This document shows positions 26,235 to 38,070 of a stretch of 64,000 nt of DNA, piece by piece. The position numbers and the translations under genes are program-made. The stretch spans positions 107,262,001 to 107,326,000 of the forward strand of contig NC_087437.1 of the NCBI RefSeq assembly GCF_036321535.1, written 5' to 3'. This DNA comes from Camelus dromedarius. Its lineage: Eukaryota. The notes under the pieces were generated by a model. The model saw only the letters and a program-made list of their open reading frames with translations, was not told where the DNA came from and did not search any database. The first letter of the stretch is position 1. The number at the start of each line of letters is the position of its first letter.

Positions 26235-26379
26235 AAAAGAGTTTTAAAATGGTCTCCCTTTTATAGAGTCAGAAATAAGATTTTCCCCCAAGTTGTAGGG
26301 TAAAATCTTTCTGTACATTGGTATGTAAAATTACAAATAAAACTATATAATTTTATGTGTGTAAGAAAATGCCAATTTT

Positions 26380-27467
26380 ATTTTTTTATTTTTTAACATT
26401 TTTTATTGATTTATAATCTTTTACAATGTTGTGTCAAGTTTCAGTGTAGAGCATAATTTTTCAGTTATACATGAACATATATATAATTCATTGTCACATT
26501 GTTTTCTTTGTGAGCTACCGTAAGATCTCGTATATATTTCCCTGTGCTATACAGTATAATCCTTGTTTATCTATTCTACATTTTGAAATCCTAGTCTATC
26601 CCTTCCCACCCCCTGCCCCCTTGGCAATCACAAGTTTGTATTCTATGTCTATGAGTCTATTTCTGTTTTGTATTTATGTTTTGTTTGTTTGTTTGTTTGT
26701 TTTTTGATTCCACATATGAGTGATCTCATATGGTATTTTTCTTTCTCTTTCTGGCTTACTTCACTTTGAATGACATTCTCCAGGAACATCCATGTTGCTA
26801 CAAATGGCATTATGTTGTCAGTTTTTATGGCTGAATAGTATTCCATTATATAAATATACCACCTTTTCTTTATCCAGTCATCTGCTGATGGACATTTAAA
26901 CTGTTTCCATGTTTTGGCTATTTTAAATAGTGCTGCTATGAACATTGGGGTGCAGGTGTCATTTTGAAGTAGGGTTCCTTTTGGATGTGTGCCCAAGAGC
27001 AGGATTCCTGGGTCATATGGTAAGTCTATTCCTAGTCTTTTGAGGAATATCCATACTGTTTTCCACAGTGCCTGTACCAAAATGCATTCCCACCAGCAGT
27101 GTAGGAGGGTTCCCTTTTCTCCACAGCCTCTCGAGCATTTGTCATTTGTGGACTTTTGAATGATGGCCATTCTCACTGGTGTGAGGTTATACCTCATTGT
27201 AGTTTTGGTTTGCATTTCTCTGATAATTAGTGATATTGAGCATTTTTTCATGTGCCTATTAATCATTTGTATTTCAGCCTTGGAGAATGGCTTATTTAGG
27301 TCTTCTGCCCATTTTTGGTTTGGGTTGTTTTTGTGTTTTTCTTATTAAGTCATATGAGCTGCTTATATATTCTGGAGATCAAGCTTTTGCCGGTTTCATT
27401 TGCAGAAATTTTCTCCCATTCCGTAGGTTGTCATTTTGTTTTACTTATGGTTTCCTTTGCTGTGCAA
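26380..27467 (-). mobile_element. Relatively young 5'-truncated LINE-1
   Basis: Exact 14-bp TSD aaaatgccaatttt (26366-26379, 27468-27481) at a TT/AAAA site on the minus strand; T-rich tail; 205-aa ORF 26649-27266 is the ORF2p C-terminus with HCWWEC. Confidence 0.95.
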
Positions 27468-28762
27468 AAAATGCCAATTTTAAATGTAACCTTCAAAATG
27501 TCCTTTGTAAGGTTCTGAGAAATGGAAACACACACACACACACACAAAAGAATAGTGATGGATTATATTTAAAAGAAAACATTCTTGCTGATGAAAAGAA
27601 TTTTAAAGAGGAAGTCATTGGCCTTATCTTCAAAAAGATCTATTCCACTGCACCCAATTAGTCCTCAGTATAGCTTGGAACTGGGAGCAGCCTCCCGCTC
27701 TTACCATCTAAATACCAGTATAGTGTAAACGCACCATTCTGCCAGAACTTATTGTTGCAAGGAATAATTTGAACCAGAAATGCTTAAGTAGGGAGAATGC
27801 ATATCAATCTGGCCTTCTTTGCAAATTGCTTAAAACAACAGATTCTTGGCAGAATAACCTACAAAACTTGCTCTTTACAACACAGATCAGTATTAGCCAA
27901 TAATTCTTCTTAATTTCTCCAGGGAACCCAAAGGGTGGGAACATTGTGAAGATAGGTCAACACCCTCTTGTAGGCATCAAGTTTCTGGCCATTGATATTT
28001 TGTGAACTGCCTGCTTTGAATTATTTACATCTATATTGGCCAGTTAGCAGGTGAAATGACTTAACGCCTCAAGGAATCCATGTAGACTCAAATCAGCCAT
28101 TTTCACTAATAACCTCTCTTTAGAGAAAATTTCCGTCATATTAAGGGAAACTTTCCAGCTGCCCCCATCTACAAACAGAATTAATTGTTATCATTCCTTG
28201 TAAGCCGTTGAAAAACTACAATAGTTAAACCACGCACAATACCATGACAACTCTTGTCAGACAAGATGGAGGCAAAGCCAGGCTACTACGTAAAGACAAC
28301 CTGCTCAGAATGCTCTTCCCTCAGAAGACACAGACTTTTCCATCCCCGAGGCCATGAGCAGCACCAGCTTGAACAATTGGAAAACATAATCTTATAAGAA
28401 ACGTCTTCAGGGTAATGAAGCAGGTAACCATGATTCACAAGCATTGGAGAAGTGCAGGCACAAATCACACAGGGAAACGTGGAGCCCTTAGAAAGAAAAA
28501 ATTCTGCAATGGAGGTAGTCCTTGTATTTGGCTTTCCCCTTACCCTGGTGTGAAAGCTAGTGTCAGGGGAGACAACCTCAAAAGCTACAGGCGATGACAA
28601 CTCGAAAGAGCTGAACAGTGAGCACAAGAGGCCAACCGAGTATAATTCACAGCCTTCTCCCTTTACTACTGTATTTAAAGTTCTCTGCTAATTACAAATT
28701 CATTCAAGCTAGCGATTAGCCCTCCTTTCAAATTATACCTAGTCCTGAGAAAGTTAACCAGA

Positions 28763-28827
28763 CTCTCTCTCTCTATATATATTTATATGCTATATATATA
28801 TGTATATATATATATATATGTGTATAT
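28763..28827. repeat. (CT)n/(TA)n simple repeat
   Basis: Directly visible, imperfect. Confidence 0.8.
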
Positions 28828-29670
28828 GGTATATTTAGCTATACATACCTTGAATTTATTTGATCAGATTCCTTTTCTTAATATCTGTTTGAAATGCACA
28901 GAAATAAGATAGGAAGTTTTAATGAAGGAAAGAGAGAGAAAAGGTTGTTTCTAACCATGCAAACTTGGAGAAGAACAACTTTGGTGCCTCCTTGCAGTCT
29001 ATGGGCCTTGTAAATCTGAAAAGAAAAAGTAAAATGATAGGTTTAGGCCCTGAAGGTTTGGGTACAGAAGTACAGAGCGGTAAAGATGGGCATTAAGGAT
29101 TTTGCTTGGGGCTAGACACTTTTATTCTTTCCTAACTTGTATCTTACCGCTTATATTATGAGAAAAAAGTGCCAAGTAACTCCATTTATAAATGAAATAG
29201 TAGAATGTAATAAAAATTCATGGCATGTTAGCTATGTCTAGATTTACCAATGTCTATTTTGAAATCTGGCATCATATTTATTGTTGCCCAGACTCCTTAA
29301 AATTACTCCTACCCAACAGACACACTCTGGCTTGATCAAATTAATAATATAGGAAATAGATTGTCATTCTTCTAAAACCCAGATACATGTATGCTTTGGG
29401 GAGTACATTAGTCTGCCAAGGATTAAAAAAAATCTGGACTCTGTGCTGACCATTTTGTATTTGCTCTCTTTAATTCTACCTGAGTTTTCTTTCTTTTTTT
29501 TACTACTAAATAATACAAAACATTATTTTTATATTAAAAAAGATGTGGGTATATGTTACGTTGGCTGAAAGATTCACACAGCTCTAGAAACCTCCAAGAA
29601 ATTTTCTGCTTCTTGTGAATCACTACCACTTACATATCTAGACCTTCAGGGTATAAATTTCTTCTGTTTT

Positions 29671-32600
29671 ATTTTTTATTGAAATATAGTTTATTTACAG
29701 TATTATATTATTTTCAGGTGTACAATATAGTGATTCAACATTTTTTATAGATTATACTCCATTTAAAGTTATTACAAAATAATAGCTATATTTCCCTGTG
29801 CAGTACAATATACCCTTGTAGCTTATTCGTTTTATACATAGTAGTTTGTATCTATTAATCCCATACCCCTATCTTGTCCCTTCCCTCTTCCAGCTCCCCA
29901 CTGGTAACCACTAGTTCTCTATCTGTGAGTCTGTTTCTGTTTTGTGATGTACCTGCATCTGTGTTATTTTTCAGATTCCACATATAAGTGATAACAGAGT
30001 GTCTTTCTCTGTCTGGCTTATTTCACTAAGCTACAATACTCTCTAGATCCATCCACACTGTTGCAAATGGCAGGATTTCATTTTTTATAGTTGAGTAATA
30101 TTCCATTGTGTGTGTGTATACCATTGTATGTGTGTGTGTGTGTGTGTGTGTGTATCACCTTTTAATCCATTCATCTGTTGATGGACACTTGGATTGCTTC
30201 CATATCTTGTCTTTTGTAAATAATGCTACTGTGAACACTGGAGTGCATGTATCTTTTCAAGTTAATGAGTTCATTTTTTTTTGCCAGGAGTGGAGTTGCT
30301 GGATTGTACGGTAGCTCTATTTCTAGTTTTTTGAGGGACCTCCATACTGATTTCCATAGTGACTGCACCAATTTACATTCCCACTAACAGTGTACAAGGA
30401 TTCCCTTTACTCCCAGTCTTCACCAACATTTGTTATCTGTGGTCTTTTTGATGACAGCCATTCTGACAGGTGTTAGGTGATATCTCATTGAGGTTTTAAT
30501 TTGCATTTCTCTAATTATTAGTGATGTTGAGCATCTTTTTATGTGTCTATTGACCATCTGCTTGTCTTCTTTGGAAAAATGTTTATTCCAGTCATCTACC
30601 CATTTTTTAATTGAATTGCTTAATTTTTGATTCTGAGTTATGAGCTGTTTATATATCTTGGATAATATCCCCTTATTGATTATGTCATTTGTGAATATTT
30701 TCTCCCATTCAGTAGATTATCTTTTTATTTTGTTGATGGTTTCCTTTGCTATGCAAAACTTTAAGTTTAATTAGGTCCCATTTGTTTATTTTTTTACTCC
30801 CCTCCCCTATTTTTGTGTTTTTGATGTCACATTTTACATCTTCATGTTTATCCTTTTACTGTTTATTTTAAGGTTGGTTTAGTATTGCTGAACTCTCAGT
30901 TTTTGCTTATCTGAGAAGTTCTTTATCTCTCTTTCAATTCTAAATGATAACTTTGTTGGGTAGAGTATCCTAGGTTTCAGGTTTTTCCCTTTTAGCATTT
31001 TGAATATATCATGCCACTCCCTTCTAGCCTGCGAAGTTTCTGAAGAAAAAATCAGCTGATAGCCTTATGGGGGTTCCCTTGTATATGACTCTTTGTTATT
31101 CTCTTTCTACCTTTAAAAATCTCTCCTTATCTGTAACTTCTGATGTTTTAATTATGACATGTCTTGGTGCGGGTCTGTTTGGGTTCATCTTATTTGAGAC
31201 CCTCTATGCTTTCTATACCTGGATATGTTTCTTTCTTCAGGTCTGGGAAGTTTTCAGCCATAATTTCATCCAATACTTTTTTTGATTCCCTTATCTCTCT
31301 TTTCTCCTTCTGGGACCCCTATAATGTTAATGTTGGTATGCTTGATGTTATCCCAGAGATCTCTTAAACTCTCCTTTAAAAATTTTTGTTTTTATTTTGC
31401 AGTTTTGATGGGGTGATTTCCATTATTCTATCTTGCAGATTACTTATGTGTTCTTCTGTATCACTCAGTCTGCTGTTCATTCCTCCTAGTGTGTTTTTCA
31501 TTTCAGTTGTATTTTTCAGTTTTGACGGGTTCTTTTGCGTTTTCTAGTTCCTTATTAAAACTCTCACTGTGTTTATTCTTTCCCCTAATTCAGTTAGCAT
31601 TCTTATTACCAATGTTTTGAATTCTTTATCTGGTAAATTGCTTATTTCTGTTTTGTTATTGTTTTTTTCAGAAGGGTTTCTCTTGCTCTTTCAGTTGAGA
31701 CCAGTTCATCTGTCTTTTCATTTTGCCTTCCTCTGTCTCTATGAATTTAGGTGAAACATTTATCTACTGCAGTCCTTACATCAGAGCATTCCTGTCGTCT
31801 GTGTGTGCCCAGTGCATTTGGTGGTAGAGAAAAAAAAGGCATCTTTTTTCAGTGTGTTCTGCCAGCTATCACCTTGGTAGGAGGTGGGGCTGGAGAAAGA
31901 AAGGCTAGAGTCAGAACCAGGTATGATGTAGGGCTCCCTCTCTTCTCAGTGGCTGTCACCATCCTATTGAATGTGGGGTCAGATCCCAAGTTGTTGGAGC
32001 AGAAGCCCTAAGTGTCAGGTCTGAGCGGATTCTGTTCCCTTCAAGTGTGTACTATTCCCTAGTGGACTCTAGGCTTCCCATCAGTACCCTTGCCCAGAAG
32101 GAAGCAGTGCTGGAGCAAGAGGGGCCCACGTGGGCTCTCAGCTCATGATGAGGCATTGGCTATGGTGGGTTGAGCACAGACAGTGGTCAAGGCTGCCTCT
32201 GATGCACTGCCTGTGCCAGCAATGAAAGCCCCTGCTACCTCTGAGTTTCCTTTGTCCCTCACAGCCAATAAATCCCTCCAGCCTCCTCGACCCCTGCCCT
32301 TTGGCAGAACCACAGGTGAGGCCTGCTTGGCTCTCGGCATTTATTGAAGCATGGGCTCTGTGGTCTGGCTGCTGTCAGAGGTCAGGGCTGCTTCTGATGA
32401 GCTACATGAGAAAGCACCAAAATGACTGCCCCGCTGCATCAGATGCTGCCCTGGGTCAAGTTGTCTCTGCATCCCATGTCCAGGCTCTTTCCCTGTTCAT
32501 AGTAGCCCTTGATCTGGTGCTGAGTTGTGTGCGGAGGGAAGCAAGACTGGAGTGTTTGCTTGACTCAGTCTGGGGCATGTGCAGGGCAGTTGGGAGAAAC

Positions 32601-33047
32601 AAGGGAGCCAGTGGAGAAGTCCTCAGTCCATCATATCTGCCCTGCCTTGGGAGCAAGTCAGCACTTGCATGCTCCTCACTAGCGGACTCTAGGCTTCCCA
32701 TACCCCTCCTGTTAGTTCTCGTGGCCGTCTAGCCAGCCAAGCAGGCTTGTTTTCCCTGGGGTGCCCAATATGTAGCTCCAACTGCTTACTTCCCTGGGCA
32801 GATCTCCACTGGTGTATTCTCCCCTTTCCCGTGAGTCCCCTCCCAGGCACACAGATCCCGACGTGATCATTTCTATTCCCTCCGCACACAATTCCGTATG
32901 GATCTTTCTTGTGGCCTTGGTTGTATAGGAGTCTTTCTGCTAGTTTTCAGTGAGAATTGTCCCACGTGTGGATATATTTTTTTATGTGTTTACGGGGGGA
33001 GGTGAGTTCCACATCCTCCTACTCTGCCATCTTGATCCAAAATTCAG
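29671..33047 (-). mobile_element. LINE-1 with both termini and ORF1 but most of ORF2 deleted (3.4 kb)
   Basis: Exact 13-bp TSD tttcttctgtttt (29658-29670, 33048-33060). 3'UTR and ORF2 C-terminus at 29671-30795. ORF1p C-terminal text on the minus strand near 30895-31090 (YKGTPIRLSADF...ARREWHDIFKMLKGKNLKPRILYP). GC-richer 5'UTR at about 31770-33040. Confidence 0.93.
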
Positions 33048-34469
33048 TTTCTTCTGTTTTAAATGTGTGTCTGTGGGAAAGATTTTAAAATTAATGAGTA
33101 GCATTGTTTTAGGATTAGCTATGCCCCTGACTATTTGTATGAGCCTAACACATTTCTTCATTACTCTAAATCTATTTTTACACCTGGAATTTTGAAAGGA
33201 TTGAAATAATACTCTCCTGGTTCCTCGTGGGGACACAATTGTTATATTATATGACAATTTTACATCATCAGTTTTGATGGAAAGATTTGGAGCTCTCTTA
33301 GCCACATTTCATGAACCATGTTTAACAAAAACTTTGCTAGCAGATGTGGGAAGGGACAGCTTATGGAATTTTTTGAGGTAATGTTATGTTATACCAGAAA
33401 TATCTACTTTACAGAAATGCAAGGCATTTCAGTAGAACATCTGAAATTCTTGAAGAAATGTTTTGCATAGGAGCTGTCATTTCTAATGTGCAAATTTTGT
33501 TGTGATTTCATCATGGAACATTTCATCCTTTTACATATAGTTTTAAAAAACAACCTTGAGAAATACATTTTTCCATTAGATAAAGAACCCTCATTATTAA
33601 GTGTAGATATTTCCTTAATTTCAACAGAAGAATAATATTCTAAAGTTAACTATATAGAATATATAAAAATAATTTTAGAATAAAATTTGTAATTTTACAG
33701 TATTATAAAATATATTGAAAACTATGTAATAATAATTTCATAATAAATTTTTAATAAAATATATAATATTTTAAATTTCAAAACAGTTAATTTATAAAAC
33801 ATAATTTATTTAAGTATTTTACCTAATTTAAATTAAATTCACTTAATTTCTTTAACTCTCTTACTAAGGCAAGATAATCTTAGTAAGATGCACTATTACT
33901 ATAGTCTTTTTTAAATTTTTTTTTGGATATTTGGGTAAATATTTTGATTAATTAGGTCTTTGAAAACAGGTCTTTAGAGTTCATTTTGCAGAGAAACCCA
34001 AATACTTCCCTGAAGTGACTTGCAGACTTGATAGCAAAATGGAAACGGTAGCAATCAATGTAATGTTTAATCTACATGTTCCGTGACCTTTCAACTAATA
34101 AACTAGAGTGTTGTTAATGTCATAGTCAAAGATTCTTCTCTACTGTGGGTCAATCAGCAGCCCTCACCCTGCTCCAGACGTAGTCTTATAAACACAGCGT
34201 GGAAGCAAAACTGACACTTTGCTCTCCTTTCACCATGAGTCATCGATCAGTGTGCTCATCACATTCTAGGCAGATGAAACGAACAAATGAACAAACAACT
34301 TTACACCAGAGGAGATAAAAACAAACAAAACAAGACAGAGCAAACAAATATGAAAGGGTTGTGCTTTTCAGATCTAGTCCCTCTCAAATAAACTAAACCT
34401 TGGTAATTCTGCCTTAATTTTTTAAAAAAAAAAGTTTTGAAAAGTTAAAAGAAAAAAAAAAACCCTTGT

Positions 34470-34907
34470 TGTGATGATTAACTTTATGTATCAATTTGAT
34501 TGGGTCATGGGTGCCCAGATACTTTATTAAACATTATTTCTGGGTATTTCTATGAGGATGTTTATCTGTCGAAGTCCTGGTTAGAAGAAAATGCTGAGTA
34601 AGAAGTAATTCTTTTTCTTTGACTGACTGTATTTGAGCTGAGATATTGGTCTTCTTCTGCCTTTGGAATGAATTCAGACTAGGACATACAGCATTGACTC
34701 TTCTGGTTCTCAGGGCTTCAGACTTGAAATAGAACTATACTGTTGACTCTCCTGGGTCTCCAGCTTGCTGAGTGTAGATCTTGGACTTCTCAGCCTCCAT
34801 AGTCATGTAAGCCAATTTTTTATAGTAAATTTCTTTAGATAGATAGATATATATCCAATAAAATGTATATATACATATATACATATATACACATACATAT
34901 ATGTGTA

Positions 34908-34950
<43 letters not shown>

Positions 34951-35004
34951 TCACACACATAAATCTCCTATCTCTGGTTTTCTACACAGCTCAGACTAAA
35001 GACA
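34470..35004 (+). mobile_element. MLT2 (ERVL) solo LTR with internal (TA)/(TG) microsatellite
   Basis: tgtgatgattaactttatgtatcaatttgattggg...cttggacttctcagcctccatagtcatgtaagccaatt...gactaaagaca. Confidence 0.85.
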
Positions 35005-35397
35005 TTTTCATATGAACAGTGACCATTTTTCAGCTCTATGCTTACACTAAGAAAATACTACATGGAATTTTTAGGCAGAACTAAAATTATCCCAGATGGA
35101 AGCACAGTAAATCAGTCAGAAATGAGGAGCATGAGAAATGATAAATAGGTGGGTAGATCTAAATTAAAACTGAATGATTAATGTAACAATAAATTTATAA
35201 TGACAATATTTGTATATTTTTTTAAACTACACAAATGCAGAATTAAAAATCATAATAAAATAGTATAAAAGTTTAGGAAGGTAAATGCCATAAGATCATT
35301 ACATTGACTAGAAAGTGGTAAAGTATGAATTTAATGTGGAATATAATAAGACAAGGATGTATATTATAACTTTTAAATAGCAATGAAAAGAATAATA

Positions 35398-36286
35398 ACA
35401 TAATTCAATAATAAAAAAAGACAACCCAATTTAAAAATGGGCAAAGTGCGTGAGTGGGCATTTCTCCAAAGAAGACATACAAATAACCAGTAAGAGCATA
35501 AAGAGATGCTAAACATCACTAATTATTGTGGAAATGTAAATCAAAACCACAATTATATACCACTTCACACCCATTAGAATGGCTATATCAAAAAAGCAGA
35601 AATAACAAGTGTTGAAGAGAATGTGGAGAAACTAGAATCTTGTATATTGCTGGTAGGAATGTAAACTGTTGCAGATGCTGTGAAAAATGGTATGGCAGTT
35701 CCTCAAAATATTAAACATAATATAAAAACGTTGTGTAATCCTGAAATTCCATTTCTGGAATATATACTGAAAATAATTGAAAGCAGAGACTTACAGATAT
35801 TTGTACACTCATGTTCATAATGGCATTATTCACAGTAGTCAAAAGGTGGATGTAACTTGTGTCTATTGATGGACGAATGGATAAAATGGGATATATACAC
35901 ACAATGGAATATTATTCAGCCTTAAAAAGGAAGGGAATTCTCACATGTGTTATAACATGGATGGACCTTGATGATGTTATACTAAGATAATCCGGTCACC
36001 CAAGGTCAAATACTATATAGTTCTGCTTGTATAGAGTAGCCAGATACATAGAGACAAAAAGTTGAATGGTGGTTGTCAGGAGCTGGGTGGAGTGAGGAAT
36101 GAGGAATTATTGTGTAATGAGTATGGAGTTTCAGTTTGGGAAGATAAAGAATGTTCTGGAAATGAATGGTTGTAATGATTGTACAACACTGTGAATGTAA
36201 TTAATGTCACTGAACTGCATGCTTAAAAATGGTAAATTTTATGTTATATATATTTTATCACAATAAGAAAAGAACTTTAACAACAA
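35398..36286 (+). mobile_element. L1MB-like 5'-truncated LINE-1 nested in older L1
   Basis: ORF2 end plus 3'UTR ending ggtaaattttatgttatatatattttatcacaataa; 12-bp TSD aaaagaataata (35386-35397, 36287-36298). Confidence 0.88.
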
Positions 36287-36506
36287 AAAAGAATAATAGA
36301 ATGCATTACTAATGAGCTAATAGAGAATGAGCAGTGGAAAAATAAAAAATACTTTATCCAGAAAGGGCAAGAAATAAGAAAAAGAAGAAACAATGAACTG
36401 ATGGTCAAAATTAAAAACCAAATAGTAAGCTGGTAGAGACATATCTAAATTTGATAGACAATATTTATTACAAAGATTGGATAAAAAATGAAAATGACTA
36501 TACATT

Positions 36507-36926
36507 TGTTGGTTTGCAACCTTGGGAGCTGCTGGGTGAAACTTGTCCCCAAACGTGGAGACAAGGAGAAACTGAAGAAAGAGGCAGTCCTCTCCAGACT
36601 GGTAGGTGGAAGTTTTAATAAACAAGGGAACTGTATGAAGCTTGTTCTGGGTGGCCACAAGATGAGTAGATTGCTGTACCTACCCACCAGAATATAAAAA
36701 AAAAAAATACATAAGGTCTTGACTGGGTTCAGTAGTGTACACAGTCCAGATGTTCTCAATAACACCTTGCTCTCTCAAGGCTACATCCTTGGAACATTCC
36801 TGGTGTGGGAACTGTGGGCAGAATGTACATTCAAAGGACCAGGGAGAAGAGGAGGAGCCTCTGATTGCCCGGGTCCAGCTCGCAGATCAACCAGCAGTCA
36901 TGACCCCTTAATTACCTCCTCCAGCA
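36507..36926 (-). mobile_element. ERV-type solo LTR nested in L1
   Basis: GC-richer 420-bp block with TGTTGG...CCAGCA inverted termini interrupting A-rich L1 sequence; TSD not clean. Confidence 0.65.
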
Positions 36927-37316
36927 ATACTGCTTATGTAAGATCTTTTATATAGGGACATAGAACAGGTGAAAGAAAAAGGGAGGAAAAGATGATTAGT
37001 CTAAATAGTAACCAACATAAAGCTGTAAAACTGTAATAATCAAATACTTCAGGAGATTATTATTAAAAGAGAGGTTGAACAAAAAAATAGACAAAGCCTA
37101 AATTGTATACTACTAATTCTATATTCTCAAAACCGTTAAAAAAGGAAAGGAAGACTGATTCACACAGTTTGATATTTAGATACACCTCATTCAGTGATTA
37201 ATGAAGCAGACAGATATTCAGTATTGGTATTAAAATTTTAACTACATAAACATTAAACAACTTGATGTTATATATGTCCATAATATGTGATATATGTAAT
37301 TCTCTCTCTACATGAG

Positions 37317-37352
37317 CACACACACACACACACATACACAAACTACACACAC
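37317..37352. repeat. Imperfect (CA)n
   Basis: Directly visible. Confidence 0.8.
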
Positions 37353-37919
37353 AACCATTGTACTCAGGAAACTGCAAAATGCAATGTTTTCAAGCATAAA
37401 TGGAATGTTTACCAAAATAGGTCACCACATGCTGGACCATAAGGCAAGTCCTAACAAATTTCAAAAAATTTGAAACTGAAATCATAAACAGTATGTTCTA
37501 ACAGAAATTCAGTTAAGCTGGAAATAAAAAACAAATAGCAACAAAAATAGAAAGATAACTAGTAAAATCCTCAAACTTTGAAGATTAAGCAATGAGTTTG
37601 TCAACCACCCATGTGCCAAAGAAGAACCACATAGAAATCGGAAAATATTTTGAACTAAGCTATAATAACATTACATAAAAATCTTTAGTATGTTGCTACA
37701 GCTGTGCTTAGAAGATAAATTAGTAGTTATACAATCATAAGAAAAAAAAATTTGAAAAATTAACACTTACACTTCCATGTGAAGAAGCTGAAAAAAGAGC
37801 TAAATAAAATAGAATCAAGGAAATAATGAAAAGTCAAAGCAGAAATCAATACACTGGAAAACAAACACATGTTAGGGAAAATAAACAAGATAAAAATTTG
37901 ATTGTTTGAAATAAAATTA

Positions 37920-38070
37920 GGGGGGACGGTGTAGCTCAAGCGATAGAGCATATGCTTAGCATGCACAAGGTCCTGGGTTCAACCCCCAGCAACTCTTCTA
38001 AAAATAAATAAGTAAACTTAATTACCTCCCCCCACCAAAAATAAATAAATAAATAAAAATTTAAAAAAAA
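37920..38070 (+). mobile_element. tRNA-Ala-derived SINE (Vic-1-like), third copy
   Basis: gtagctcaagcgatagagcatatgcttagcatgcacaaggtcctgggttcaacccccagc, tail motif aattacctcccc and an (AAAT)n tail. Confidence 0.9.

Noticed and set aside
26649..27266. Longest ORF (205 aa) as a host gene
   Set aside because: It is the C-terminus of L1 ORF2p inside a TSD-bounded, 5'-truncated L1 with no promoter, EN or RT.
28286..28627. 113-aa minus-strand ORF in non-repeat DNA
   Set aside because: No recognisable domain, a non-ATG start and no convincing splice context; its length is within chance expectation.
32143..32889. GC-richer cluster of ORFs suggesting a gene or CpG island
   Set aside because: It lies in the L1 5'UTR; CpGs are largely decayed and the ORFs overlap on both strands.
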